Shown: positions 47,257 through 57,861, numbered from the stretch's first letter. The stretch: DNA of 64,000 nucleotides from an uncultured Acetatifactor sp. (GCA_910585805.1 CAJUFB010000015.1:1793-65792); one strand, 5' to 3'. Notes: a model not told the origin generated them from the sequence alone. Program-made: numbers and translations.

Positions 47257-47344
47257 TGGATGTGGCAGACATGGGCAATGAGAAATACAGTCATGAAATA
47301 AAGCATGCGTCGCCTAGAAAGCATGCGACAGGAGGTGAGCTTGT

Positions 47345-48325
47345 GTGGCCGAGATACTTTCTCAGGCGGAGATTGACGCCCTGCTGAATGCGATGTCTTC
47401 AGGTGAGTTGGACGCCGACCAGATGCAGCCAAAGGACGAGAAGAAAGTCAAAAATTATGACTTCAGCCGTCCGACAAAGTTTTCCAAAGAGCATTTGAGG
47501 ACTCTGGAGATCATATTTGAGCATTATGCCCGGTTGGTTTCCACGAATCTTCCGGTGTATCTGCGTAAAAATGTGCAGGTGGCGGTGGTAGGCTCCGAGG
47601 CTATCACATTTAATGAATTTACAAATTCGTTATCCAGTCCTATTATTATGGGAATCGTCAACTTTGCACCGTTGAATGGATCTATCATTATGGAATTGGG
47701 TATCAATCTGGGATATGCCATGCTGGATCGCATGCTGGGCGGGAGCGGTGTGCCTCTGGAGAAGGGGAGAGAATTTTCCGAGATTGAGCAGATCATTATA
47801 GAGAAGATATTAGTGATGTTGACCCAGCTTCTGCGGGAGCCGTGGAAAAACGTGATCGATATAGCACCTGTATTGAACCGTCTGGAAACGAATTCACAGT
47901 TTGCACAGGTTATAGCCCCCAGCGACATGGTCGCGATTGTGACCCTGGAGATCAAGATTGGGGACGTAGAAGGGTTCATGAATATCTGTCTTCCGTTCTT
48001 TACTTTGGAAGATATCATGGATAAGCTGAATACAAAATACTGGTATTCTACCATGCAGGAGAATCATGATGAAAATTATGAGGCTTATATTGAGTCCATG
48101 CTGCGCAAGGTGGATGTACCGATTCGGGCAGTTCTGGGCAAGAGTAAGATTTCCGTAAATGATTTCCTGAATCTGCAGGTGGGAGACTGTATCAGGCTTG
48201 ATACCGGAGTGGATCAGGATATGAATGTGTATGTGGGTGATATCAGGAAGTTTACGGCTTTGCCCGGTACGGAAAAGGATTTTTATGCTGTCAGGATCAC
48301 ATCGGTTATTAGAGAGGAGGAGTAA
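47345..48325 (+). CDS. fliM: flagellar motor switch protein FliM
   Basis: GTG start 9 nt after AGGAGG. The CheY-P binding N-terminus is AEILSQAEIDALL, and the C-terminal SpoA-like domain is present. Confidence 0.9.
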   Translation: MAEILSQAEIDALLNAMSSGELDADQMQPKDEKKVKNYDFSRPTKFSKEHLRTLEIIFEHYARLVSTNLPVYLRKNVQVAVVGSEAITFNEFTNSLSSPIIMGIVNFAPLNGSIIMELGINLGYAMLDRMLGGSGVPLEKGREFSEIEQIIIEKILVMLTQLLREPWKNVIDIAPVLNRLETNSQFAQVIAPSDMVAIVTLEIKIGDVEGFMNICLPFFTLEDIMDKLNTKYWYSTMQENHDENYEAYIESMLRKVDVPIRAVLGKSKISVNDFLNLQVGDCIRLDTGVDQDMNVYVGDIRKFTALPGTEKDFYAVRITSVIREEE

Positions 48326-48328
48326 GCA

Positions 48329-49714
48329 ATGGACGGGTTGTCCCAGGACGAGATAAACGCTTTACTTGCCGGCATGAATCTGGGTGAAGAAGAGCCGGAA
48401 ACGATTGGAAATGATGAAGAAGTCAGTGGAGGGTCAGCGAATATCATCCAGGAGATGGCGCAGGCGGATGAACTCCTTTCAGATGTGGAGAAAGATGCCA
48501 TTGGTGAGGTGGCCAACATCAGTATGGGGTCTTCGGCTACTACATTATATTCTCTTGTGAACAGAAAGGTAAATATCACGACTCCTGAAGTGGAGTTCTG
48601 TAAATGGGATAATTTGCTGACCCAGTACGAGAGACCCTGTGTGTTCATTCAGATCAAATATACTGTGGGTCTGGACGGCACAAATATCCTGATATTGAAA
48701 GAGCATGATGTAAAGGTGATCACTGACCTGATGATGGGAGGTGACGGCACTAATACGGATGGAGAACTGGGAGAGCTGCATTTAAGCGCTATCTCTGAGG
48801 CAATGAATCAGATGATGGGAGCGGCGGCCACTTCTCTCTCCACAATGATGCAGACGAAGATTGATATCAGCCCTCCAGAGGCTTCCCTGCTTGATCTGGC
48901 ACAGGTGAAAAATGGCGAAGATGTCTCGCCGTTTCTTGGAGGTGTATTTGTCAAGATTTCTTTTCGGATGCAGATTGATGATCTGGTTGACAGTTCCATC
49001 ATGCAATTGTATCCGGTAGATTTTGCGCGCAATGTAGTAGATACTTTCATGAATTCCCAATCCAATTCTGCGGCAGAAGAGCCGAAGGCAGCGCCGACTT
49101 CAGATACGGGAGCGGGCGCCGGTATGCAGAATGGCATGAATGGTAATGCCGGTTCTGCTCCGCAGATGGGAATGAATGACATGAATGCAGGTATGGCCTC
49201 TGGAATGATGGGGGGAGCAAACCCTCAAATGGGTATGGCGCAGGGCATGAATCCACAGATGGATATGAATTCCCAGATGGGCATGTATGGGATGCCGCAG
49301 GGAATGAACCCTCAGATGGGAGCGCCGCAGCAGGGTATGTATCCTCAACAGGGCATGTATGGGATGCCGATGGGCATGTATCCTCAGATGGGAATGCCTC
49401 AGGGAGCGGTTCCGCAGAATTATAATGTGCAGACAGCGCAGTTTCAGAACTTTTCCAATGAGGGAGGAATGGTCGCGGGACAGGAGAATATCGGCCTGAT
49501 CATGGATGTTCCGCTGAGTGTCACCGTAGAACTTGGACGTACGACCAAGTCGATTTCCGAAATTCTTGACTTTGCGCCAGGCACGATCATTGAACTTGAA
49601 CGGATTGCCGGGGAACCGATAGATGTACTGGTTAACGGCAAGCTTGTGGCAAAGGGAGAGGTAGTAGTAATTGAAGAGAGCTTTGGCGTAAGAGTAACTG
49701 AAATTATCAAGTAG
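48329..49714 (+). CDS. fliY: flagellar motor switch phosphatase FliY (CheC-like domains plus FliN C-terminal domain)
   Basis: N-terminal LSQDEINALL, two CheC-type segments (AIGEVANISMG, AISEAMNQMMG), and a C-terminal FliN/SpoA domain (LSVTVELGRTTKSISEILDF..G.IIELER). Confidence 0.85.
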   Translation: MDGLSQDEINALLAGMNLGEEEPETIGNDEEVSGGSANIIQEMAQADELLSDVEKDAIGEVANISMGSSATTLYSLVNRKVNITTPEVEFCKWDNLLTQYERPCVFIQIKYTVGLDGTNILILKEHDVKVITDLMMGGDGTNTDGELGELHLSAISEAMNQMMGAAATSLSTMMQTKIDISPPEASLLDLAQVKNGEDVSPFLGGVFVKISFRMQIDDLVDSSIMQLYPVDFARNVVDTFMNSQSNSAAEEPKAAPTSDTGAGAGMQNGMNGNAGSAPQMGMNDMNAGMASGMMGGANPQMGMAQGMNPQMDMNSQMGMYGMPQGMNPQMGAPQQGMYPQQGMYGMPMGMYPQMGMPQGAVPQNYNVQTAQFQNFSNEGGMVAGQENIGLIMDVPLSVTVELGRTTKSISEILDFAPGTIIELERIAGEPIDVLVNGKLVAKGEVVVIEESFGVRVTEIIK

Positions 49715-49727
49715 GAGGAAATTTCAA

Positions 49728-50090
49728 ATGGCGAAGAATATTTTGGTATGTGACGATGCCGCATTCATGAGGATGATGATCAAGAATACCCTCACCAAGG
49801 GCGGTTACAATGTGGCTGGTGAGGCTGAAAACGGGGCAAAGGCTGTGGAGAAATACAAGGAGCTGTCTCCGGATCTTGTGCTGATGGATATCACCATGCC
49901 GGAGATGGATGGTATTCAGGCTCTGAAGGAGATCAAGAAGCTGGATCCTAATGCCAAGGTTATCATGTGTTCTGCTATGGGACAGCAGGCCATGGTTGTG
50001 GAATCCATTCAGGCAGGTGCAAAGGACTTCATCGTAAAGCCTTTCCAGGAGGATCGGGTTCTTGAGGCTGTAAAGAAGGTTGTTGGCTGA
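49728..50090 (+). CDS. cheY: chemotaxis response regulator CheY
   Basis: 120-aa stand-alone receiver with ILVCDDAAFMR, LVLMDITMP, and KDFIVKPF. Confidence 0.9.
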   Translation: MAKNILVCDDAAFMRMMIKNTLTKGGYNVAGEAENGAKAVEKYKELSPDLVLMDITMPEMDGIQALKEIKKLDPNAKVIMCSAMGQQAMVVESIQAGAKDFIVKPFQEDRVLEAVKKVVG

Positions 50091-50500
50091 TGGAATTGCT
50101 CATTCCTGTAATGGGAGCTGCTTTCGGTGCTGGAAGCTATGCACAGTTTATCACTGTCCTGGTGGTTTTTGTGGCTGTGCTGGGCGTGACCGCATGGACC
50201 ACCAGATGGATGGCCAATTATCAGAAGCAGCAGAGTGCAAATGAAAATATTCAGGTAATAGAGACCACTCGTATTGCGAATAATAAATATATTCAGATCA
50301 TACGGGCAGGCGAGAAGTACATGGTAATTGCTGTCTGTAAGGATACAGTTACCATGTTGGGTGAGATCTCGGGAGAACAGCTGAAGGAGGTGGCTCCCGC
50401 GGAGCATCTCAGTTTCAGAGAGCTTCTCGACAGAGCTGCAGGGAAGACAAAAGCCGCCCGGGAGGAGCCAAAGGAAAAGCAGATGCATGATGAAAAATAA
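50090..50500 (+). CDS. fliO: flagellar biosynthesis protein FliO/FliZ
   Basis: One TM helix, the IQVIETTRIANNKYIQIIRAGEKYMVIAV motif, and a position upstream of fliP. Confidence 0.65.
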   Translation: MELLIPVMGAAFGAGSYAQFITVLVVFVAVLGVTAWTTRWMANYQKQQSANENIQVIETTRIANNKYIQIIRAGEKYMVIAVCKDTVTMLGEISGEQLKEVAPAEHLSFRELLDRAAGKTKAAREEPKEKQMHDEK

Positions 50501-51278
50501 GCTTATATTCAAGCGAATAGCAACCGCAATATGCCTACTCGTTATGGTGGGCATATTGTGCATTCTAAGTTCAATGAGAGTGTATGCCAGCGGAAGTCAG
50601 GATGCGGATAATGTCCTGAATATCTCGTTCGGCAATGGAAACGGGGAGATCAGCGGTTCGCTGAGGATACTGCTGACTTTGACGCTGATCAGCATTGCCC
50701 CCACTCTCCTGATCATGATGACCTCCTTCACGCGTATTATTATCGTGCTGCACTTTACCCGCGCCGCGCTGAATACGCAGACAGCACCGCCAAATCAGGT
50801 GCTGGTAGGCCTGGCGTTGATCCTTACTTTTTTTATCATGGAACCCACGATCACCCAGATTAATGAGCAGGCATACCAGCCCTATGAGGCCGGGGAGATT
50901 AATCTGGATGAGGCATTGGAGAGAGGTGTCGAGCCGCTGCGTTTGTTTATGTACGACCATACGCAGCTGGAAGACGTGGAGCTGTTCATGGATATTTCGG
51001 GTCAGGAGTGGGACGGAACAACGCTGGGAGATATTCCCTTGTCCGTATTGCTTCCGAGTTTTATGCTCAGTGAGCTGAGGATAGCATTCTGGATCGGATT
51101 TGTAATTTATGTACCCTTTATCGTCATTGACATGGTGGTGGCGTCCACTCTTATGAGTATGGGTATGATGATGCTGCCGCCCACCACGATTTCCATGCCT
51201 TTTAAGATATTGTTGTTTGTGCTGGCGGACGGATGGAATCTGATCATCGGGCAGTTGGTGGAGTCATTTTATTATTGA
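50487..51278 (+). CDS. fliP: flagellar export apparatus protein FliP
   Basis: Signal peptide plus the motifs TSFTRIIIVL and PPNQVL.GLALILTFFIM. Confidence 0.95.
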   Translation: MMKNKLIFKRIATAICLLVMVGILCILSSMRVYASGSQDADNVLNISFGNGNGEISGSLRILLTLTLISIAPTLLIMMTSFTRIIIVLHFTRAALNTQTAPPNQVLVGLALILTFFIMEPTITQINEQAYQPYEAGEINLDEALERGVEPLRLFMYDHTQLEDVELFMDISGQEWDGTTLGDIPLSVLLPSFMLSELRIAFWIGFVIYVPFIVIDMVVASTLMSMGMMMLPPTTISMPFKILLFVLADGWNLIIGQLVESFYY

Positions 51279-51366
51279 AAATTTCATACTCGCGCTCACG
51301 AGTATGATGTGTCTGGGAATTGCCGCAGAAGACAATTCCCGATAAACGACAGAGAGGAAGTTTGGT

Positions 51367-51639
51367 ATGACAATTGATGCGGTAATGGATATTACGAGAG
51401 ACGCCCTGTTTCTGATCATTAAGGTGTCGCTGCCGGTTCTGCTGGTTTCACTGTGCGTGGGTCTGATTGTCAGTATCTTTCAGACAGTGACTTCCATTCA
51501 GGAACAGACACTCACTTTTGTGCCCAAGATTGTCTGTGTTTTTCTTTCGCTGGTAATCTTTGGAAACTGGATGATGAACGCCATGGTGGAGTTTATGGTG
51601 TCGCTGTGGTCAAATTTCGGCCTTTACATGCATCGGTAA
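51367..51639 (+). CDS. fliQ: flagellar export apparatus protein FliQ
   Basis: 90 aa with two TM helices and IFQTVTSIQEQTLTFVPK. Confidence 0.9.
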   Translation: MTIDAVMDITRDALFLIIKVSLPVLLVSLCVGLIVSIFQTVTSIQEQTLTFVPKIVCVFLSLVIFGNWMMNAMVEFMVSLWSNFGLYMHR

Positions 51640-51653
51640 AGGAGCCTGGATAA

Positions 51654-52436
51654 ATGGTTCGCTACTCCTTTTCTGTTTATGATCTGGAATATTTTCTGCT
51701 GATACTGGTGAGAGTGAGCTGCTTCGTATTTGTCGCTCCGTTTTTCAGCATGAAAAATACTCCGGCGAATGTGCGTGTCGGCATCAGCTTTTTCACGTCG
51801 CTGCTTCTGTATCAGGCGCTGACACCGGCGCAGCCGGTTCAGTATTCCACAGTGACGGGATATGCCGTTATTGTAATGAAAGAAGCCATGGTAGGGCTGC
51901 TGATCGGATTTGCCGCAAACATATGTACTACAATTGTAAATTTTGCGGGTTCCATTGCAGATATGGAGACTGGTTTGTCCATGGTGACATTGATGGATCC
52001 CACAAGCCGGGAGAGTACCAGCATCACAGGTGTGCTGTATCAATATGTGCTGATGTTCATGATGCTTGCGACAGGAATGTATCGGTATCTGTTCGGCGCC
52101 CTGGCAGATACGTTTGAATTGATCCCGGTAAATGGCGCGGTCTTCCATACAGACTCCCTGTTGGAGTCCATGCTTGTATTTCTGGGGGACTATGTTATCA
52201 TCGGATTCAGGATCGTCCTTCCGATTTTTTGTTCCATTCTGCTGCTGAATGCTGTCCTTGGAATTCTTGCTAAGGTTTCTCCGCAGATGAACATGTTTGC
52301 GGTCGGTATCCAGCTGAAGATCCTGGTGGGGTTGTCCATCCTCTTTTTAACGGCGGGGATTCTGCCGGGAATCGCAGATTTTATCTTTGATGAGATGAAA
52401 CGGATAATGCTTTCCTTTGTGGGAGGTATGACATGA
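51654..52436 (+). CDS. fliR: flagellar export apparatus protein FliR
   Basis: 260-aa polytopic protein positioned between fliQ and flhB. Confidence 0.85.
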   Translation: MVRYSFSVYDLEYFLLILVRVSCFVFVAPFFSMKNTPANVRVGISFFTSLLLYQALTPAQPVQYSTVTGYAVIVMKEAMVGLLIGFAANICTTIVNFAGSIADMETGLSMVTLMDPTSRESTSITGVLYQYVLMFMMLATGMYRYLFGALADTFELIPVNGAVFHTDSLLESMLVFLGDYVIIGFRIVLPIFCSILLLNAVLGILAKVSPQMNMFAVGIQLKILVGLSILFLTAGILPGIADFIFDEMKRIMLSFVGGMT

Positions 52437-53542
52437 TTCATTATAATCTGCAATTTTTTGCAAAAGAAGGCATGGGCGGTGAGAAGACAGAACCCGCTAC
52501 TCAGAAAAAACTGGAGGATGCCCGGAAAAAGGGACAGGTTGCAAAGAGCCGTGAGATTACCAACGGGTTGGAACTGTTGGCCCTGTTTCTGATATTGAAG
52601 CTGTGGGTGGGGCATATTGGAGTCCAGTTTCTGGATATCTTCAACAATGTCTACAGCAGGATAACGGATATCGTTATATTCCGGCAGGGTACAATGCCTG
52701 AGCGGGATACGGGTATTTTGTTCCGGCAGATGCTGCTGCAGGTATTGTATATAGTAGCTCCCGTTTTTGCAGTGGGTTTCCTGATCGCATTTGTAACAGA
52801 TGTGGCTCAGGTAAAGTGGAAGCCTACACTGGATCCCATAAAGCCAAAGTTCAGTAAGTTGAATCCAATAAAAGGATTTAAGAAGATTATTTCGCTGAAC
52901 TCAGTGGTAGAACTTGTCAAGTCTATTGCGAAGATTGCCCTGATCTTATATGTATGTTATAATTATCTGAAGGATAAATGGTCTGTGCTGATGAACCTGT
53001 ATGACGTGACATTGATGCAGGCATTGCAGCTGGCGGCCGAAACAGTTACGGATCTGGGAATCCGGATTGCCGTGTTATATATGTTGATCGCGTTTGCTGA
53101 TTTCGCTTATCAGAGGATCAAATTCAAAAACGATATGAAGATGACCAAGCAGGAGGTCAAGGAAGAATATAAGCAGCAGGAAGGCGATCCGCAGATTAAA
53201 AATAAGATACGGCAGAAGATGAGAGAAAGTTCCATGCGGCGTATGATGCAGGATCTGCCGCAGGCAGATGTGGTTATCACCAACCCCACTCACTACGCCG
53301 TAGCGATCAAATATGATCCTAAGGTGGCGGATGCACCGCTGGTCGTTGCGAAAGGCGAAGATTATCTGGCAGCCCGTATCAAGGAGGTAGCCAGGGAAAA
53401 TAGAATTGAGATTGTGGAAAATAAACCACTGGCCCGGATGCTTTATGCGAATGTGGATATAGGGCAGGCGGTGCCGCCGGAATTATATCAGGCGGTGGCG
53501 GAAGTACTTGCATTTGTATATCAGCTTCAGGGTAAAATTTAA
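52433..53542 (+). CDS. flhB: flagellar export switch protein FlhB
   Basis: EKTEPATQKKLEDARKKGQVAKS and the autocleavage motif NPTH (VITNPTHYAVA). Confidence 0.95.
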   Translation: MIHYNLQFFAKEGMGGEKTEPATQKKLEDARKKGQVAKSREITNGLELLALFLILKLWVGHIGVQFLDIFNNVYSRITDIVIFRQGTMPERDTGILFRQMLLQVLYIVAPVFAVGFLIAFVTDVAQVKWKPTLDPIKPKFSKLNPIKGFKKIISLNSVVELVKSIAKIALILYVCYNYLKDKWSVLMNLYDVTLMQALQLAAETVTDLGIRIAVLYMLIAFADFAYQRIKFKNDMKMTKQEVKEEYKQQEGDPQIKNKIRQKMRESSMRRMMQDLPQADVVITNPTHYAVAIKYDPKVADAPLVVAKGEDYLAARIKEVARENRIEIVENKPLARMLYANVDIGQAVPPELYQAVAEVLAFVYQLQGKI

Positions 53543-53559
53543 AGGAGGAGCAGCAGAAC

Positions 53560-55605
53560 ATGAATGGGAGACTGGCCAGGACAGATTCTATGGTGGCAAT
53601 TTATGTATTGATAGCGTTTATCATGTTGATTGTGTCTCTTCCGGCAACGGTTCTGGATGTGTTTATGGCGTTTAATATCGCCATTGCCTTTACCATTCTG
53701 TTTGCCTGTATGTTTATCAAGGAAGTACTGGATATGTCGTACTTTCCTACGATTCTGCTGTTTACCACTATTTTCAGGATTGCCATGAACGTCTCTTCTA
53801 CCAGACTGATCCTTACTACAGGTACTTCCGGCAATGTGGTAATGACTTTCGGACAATTTGTAGGCGGCGGTGATCTGATTGTAGGATCCATTGTATTCAT
53901 TATACTGATCATGATTCAGTTCCTGGTGATCAACAAAGGTTCTGAACGTGTGGCGGAGGTAACAGCGAGGTTTACCCTGGATGCAATGCCTGGTAAGCAG
54001 ATGGCCATTGATGCAGATCTGAATACAGGAGCCATTGATGATAAGGAAGCAAAGGAGAGGCGTGACAAGATTCAGCAGGAATCCAGTTTCTTCGGTTCCA
54101 TGGACGGTGCTGTGAAGTACGTAAAGGGAGATGCTATCGCAGGACTTTTGTTGACGTTGATCAATTTAGTTGGCGGTATTGCCATGGGTATGCTGCGCAA
54201 TGGTATGGATGTGACATCAGCGCTGAATAATTATGGTATTCTTACGATAGGTGACGGCCTGGTGAGCCAGATCCCTTCTTTGCTGATCTCATTATCAACT
54301 GGCGTGCTGGTTACCAAGGGAAGTAAAGAGGCAGACTTTGGCCCTGCGATCGTAAAGCAGTTGTTCGGCATTCCAAAGGTAATGTACATGGTAGGGGGGA
54401 CACTGGTCTTCCTGGGAGTGTTTACAGATCTGAACACGATTCTTTTTATGGGAATGGGGCTTCTGTTTATCGTAGGCGGCAGAATGATTGCCAACAATCT
54501 GGAGACTGCTGCGATTGAGGGCGAAGTGGACAGCGATGAGGCTGCAGCAGAGGAAATGAGGCAGCCTGAAAATGTCGCCAGTCTTTTGCAGGTGGATCCC
54601 ATTGAACTGGAATTCGGTTACGGAATTATTCCGCTTGCTGATATGAATCAGGGCGGTGACCTGTTGGATCGTGTGGTTATGATACGGCGGCAGATTGCAT
54701 TGGAGCTGGGGACTGTTGTTCCTATTATCCGTCTGCGTGATAATATCCAGCTGAATCCCAATCAGTATATTATCAAGATAAAGGGAATCCAGGTCAGCGA
54801 GGGAGAGATCCTGTTTGATCATTATATGGCTATGAACCCCGGGTATGTGGAGGAGGAGATTACGGGTATTCCTACTTTTGAGCCTTCCTTCCATCTGCCG
54901 GCCATCTGGATCACAGAGGGGCAGAGGGAGAGAGCGGAAAGCCTGGGATATACGGTAGTAGATCCGCCTTCCATTATTGCTACTCATTTGACGGAAATCA
55001 TCCGGCAGTATATTGCCGACCTGCTGAGCAGACAGGATGTACAGAACCTGGTCAACAATCTGAAGGAGACCAATCCTTCTCTGGTGGAGGAGCTGGTACC
55101 CAAGCTTCTGGGGCTTGGTGAGATCCAGAAGGTGCTGCAGAATCTGCTGAAGGAGGGAATTTCCATCAGGGATCTGCTGACGATTATGGAGACGCTGGCA
55201 GATTATGCGCCTGCCACCAGAGATACCGATATCCTGACAGAGTATGTCCGGCAGAGCCTGAAACGGGCCATTTCCACGAAATACTTTCCGAACCATGAGA
55301 CTACCAATGTGGTTACTTTGGATCCGAAGGTGGAACAGGAGATCATGGGAAGTGTAAAGCAGACGGAAAACGGGGCTTTCCTGAATCTGGATCCGAACAG
55401 ATCCAGGGCAATCATCGATTCTGTGGGAAAGGAAGTACAAAAGCTGGAGAGTCTGGGGAAGAATCCCATTATCATTACGTCTCCTATTGTGCGGATGTAT
55501 TTCAAACGCCTGACGGAGGATTATTATAAGGAGCTTGTGGTGGTCTCTTACAATGAAGTGGAATCTAATGTGGAACTACAGTCGGTTGGGATGGTGACGG
55601 CATAA
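53560..55605 (+). CDS. flhA: flagellar export gate protein FlhA
   Basis: 681 aa with the FHIPEP region (RFTLDAMPGKQMAIDADL) and a cytoplasmic C-terminal domain. Confidence 0.95.
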   Translation: MNGRLARTDSMVAIYVLIAFIMLIVSLPATVLDVFMAFNIAIAFTILFACMFIKEVLDMSYFPTILLFTTIFRIAMNVSSTRLILTTGTSGNVVMTFGQFVGGGDLIVGSIVFIILIMIQFLVINKGSERVAEVTARFTLDAMPGKQMAIDADLNTGAIDDKEAKERRDKIQQESSFFGSMDGAVKYVKGDAIAGLLLTLINLVGGIAMGMLRNGMDVTSALNNYGILTIGDGLVSQIPSLLISLSTGVLVTKGSKEADFGPAIVKQLFGIPKVMYMVGGTLVFLGVFTDLNTILFMGMGLLFIVGGRMIANNLETAAIEGEVDSDEAAAEEMRQPENVASLLQVDPIELEFGYGIIPLADMNQGGDLLDRVVMIRRQIALELGTVVPIIRLRDNIQLNPNQYIIKIKGIQVSEGEILFDHYMAMNPGYVEEEITGIPTFEPSFHLPAIWITEGQRERAESLGYTVVDPPSIIATHLTEIIRQYIADLLSRQDVQNLVNNLKETNPSLVEELVPKLLGLGEIQKVLQNLLKEGISIRDLLTIMETLADYAPATRDTDILTEYVRQSLKRAISTKYFPNHETTNVVTLDPKVEQEIMGSVKQTENGAFLNLDPNRSRAIIDSVGKEVQKLESLGKNPIIITSPIVRMYFKRLTEDYYKELVVVSYNEVESNVELQSVGMVTA

Positions 55606-55606
55606 A

Positions 55607-56899
55607 ATGATTATTAAGAAGTTTGCGGGAAAAACTGAAGAGGAAGCGTTGGCTACAGCCAGGAAAGAACTGGGCAGCGGCGTTGTCATCATGAATGTGA
55701 AGGCTGTGGAGAGAAAAGGGCTGAGGGCAATTTTTCGCGCCAGGCAGGTGGAGGTGACCGTGGCTCTGGAGGAAGAGAGTGATACGCTGGGGACTGTGCG
55801 CCGGGAGAAGGCTTCCGCTCCGGTTAAAAAAGAAGCGGTTTCCCATCCCATGAAAAAGCTTTCCGGTGATAATACTGCGCAGTCGGAAGATTTTTCATAT
55901 GAGAATGCCCTGGAGCCGGAGGACAGGATCTCCATTGAGAAAAAGCTTGACAGTCTGCAGTCTCTTTTGATGACACGTTTTCAGCAGAGTGAAGCGGAGC
56001 GGGAGAGTACTGCTGACAGGAAGGTGAATTCCGGTTCCGAAGGAGCGGCAGAGGAGGAAACACAGGAGGAAGCGCAGTCGGAAGAGATCACGGAGCAGCA
56101 GCGTTTTCTGCGGCTTCTGTATAATACCATGCTGGAAAGCGAAGTGGATGAGAAATACGCGAATCAGATTGTGAATGATGTGGATATGTCAGGACAGGCG
56201 AATCTGCCCATAGATTATATTCTGGAAAATATATACCAGAAAATGATCTTAAAATTCGGCAGGGCTCAGGGCATTGTATCTGCGGAGGGTGCGCCCAGGA
56301 TCGTCATTTTTATGGGGCCTACAGGGGTAGGCAAGACGACCACTATAGCAAAGATCGCCAGCAGTTATGCAGTGGAGGAAAAAAAGAAAGTGGCGCTTCT
56401 GACTGCGGATACTTACCGGATTGCCGCGGTGGAGCAGCTCAGAACCTATGCCAATATTCTGGAGGTTCCCTTCCGTGTTATTTATTCGGAAGAAGAAGTC
56501 CGGGAAGCGGTGGGGGAGTTTGTAAATTATGATTACATCTTTGTAGACACCATGGGACATTCTCATAAGAATGAAGAGCAGCTGGGACATATGAAAAAGC
56601 TTTATGAGGCTTTGCAGGAGACGGGAGACTGCCAGACATTTCTGGTTCTGTCGGCTACTACGAAGTATAAGGATCTGTTGAAGATCGTGGCAACTTATGA
56701 AAGCGTGGCGGATTTTCAGCTGATCTTTACGAAGCTTGACGAGACTGCGGCCATGGGAAATCTGTTAAATATGAGGTTGTTTACCGGCAAGCCGGTGGCA
56801 TTTGTGACCAACGGACAGAATGTGCCCAGTGATATCGAGCAGTTCAATCCCCAGAAGACGGTAAAGCAGATCCTGAGCATCAGGCAGGAGAGGAACTAA
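55607..56899 (+). CDS. flhF: flagellar biosynthesis SRP-type GTPase FlhF
   Basis: The G-domain motifs GPTGVGKTTT, DTYRIAAVEQL, DTMG and TKLDET. Confidence 0.9.
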   Translation: MIIKKFAGKTEEEALATARKELGSGVVIMNVKAVERKGLRAIFRARQVEVTVALEEESDTLGTVRREKASAPVKKEAVSHPMKKLSGDNTAQSEDFSYENALEPEDRISIEKKLDSLQSLLMTRFQQSEAERESTADRKVNSGSEGAAEEETQEEAQSEEITEQQRFLRLLYNTMLESEVDEKYANQIVNDVDMSGQANLPIDYILENIYQKMILKFGRAQGIVSAEGAPRIVIFMGPTGVGKTTTIAKIASSYAVEEKKKVALLTADTYRIAAVEQLRTYANILEVPFRVIYSEEEVREAVGEFVNYDYIFVDTMGHSHKNEEQLGHMKKLYEALQETGDCQTFLVLSATTKYKDLLKIVATYESVADFQLIFTKLDETAAMGNLLNMRLFTGKPVAFVTNGQNVPSDIEQFNPQKTVKQILSIRQERN

Positions 56900-56925
56900 G
56901 ACAAAACCGGAACAGGAGGTACTAT

Positions 56926-57801
56926 ATGGATCAGGCAGAACAATTACGTATCCTAAAAGCAGGCCAGCAGCAGCCCAGACCATTGGCTCGTGTCATTACA
57001 GTTACCAGCGGCAAGGGCGGCGTAGGAAAGTCCAATACCTCCATAAATCTGGCAATTCAGTTCCGAAAAATGGGAAAGCGGGTCATTATACTGGATGCGG
57101 ATTTTGGTCTTGCCAACATAGAGATCATGTTTGGGGCGGTTCCGAAACATAACCTGTGTGATCTGATCTATCAGGGGAAACGGATTACGGATATTATTAC
57201 ATGGGGCCCCATGGACGTAGGCTTCATATCCGGGGGCAGCGGCATCGCGGGCATGTCTAATCTGAATCGCGATTACCTGAATTACATTATCCAGAATCTT
57301 TCCCAGCTGGATACGATTGCTGATATTATCATTGTGGATACAGGAGCCGGTATTTCCGATGCGGTACTGGAATTTCTGGTGGCGAGCGGCGAGATACTGT
57401 TGGTGACCACGCCGGAGCCCACTTCCATCACGGATTCTTATTCCCTGCTGAAGGCGTTGTACCGCCATAAGAGGTTTGACCCGGAGGCAACAAAGGTAAA
57501 GCTCATTGCCAACAGAGTGTCGAAGGAGTCGGAAGGAAAGATTCTTTATGATAAATTGAACGCGGTGGTTGAACGCTACTTAAAAGTTCCCATATTGTAC
57601 GTGGGATGTGTGCCGGAGGATTCACAACTGTCGCGCTCTGTAATGCAGCAGACACCTGTTTCCCTGCACAATCCCAGTGCAAGGTCCACGTTGGCTTATG
57701 AGCGTATTGCGGGAAGGCTTCTGGATAAAGCGGAGGAGGAGCGTCAGCCAAAGAGAGGAATGGCGGCTTTTTTCTCTCATATCATTGCAGGCCGAAGATA
57801 G
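56926..57801 (+). CDS. flhG: MinD/ParA-type ATPase FlhG (YlxH)
   Basis: Deviant Walker A SGKGGVGKS, and a position after flhF. Confidence 0.85.
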   Translation: MDQAEQLRILKAGQQQPRPLARVITVTSGKGGVGKSNTSINLAIQFRKMGKRVIILDADFGLANIEIMFGAVPKHNLCDLIYQGKRITDIITWGPMDVGFISGGSGIAGMSNLNRDYLNYIIQNLSQLDTIADIIIVDTGAGISDAVLEFLVASGEILLVTTPEPTSITDSYSLLKALYRHKRFDPEATKVKLIANRVSKESEGKILYDKLNAVVERYLKVPILYVGCVPEDSQLSRSVMQQTPVSLHNPSARSTLAYERIAGRLLDKAEEERQPKRGMAAFFSHIIAGRR

Positions 57802-57861
57802 GGAAAGATATGCAGGGCGAAAAACAGCCGGATGATAAAATAAAAAAAGGTGGTGGTTGTT

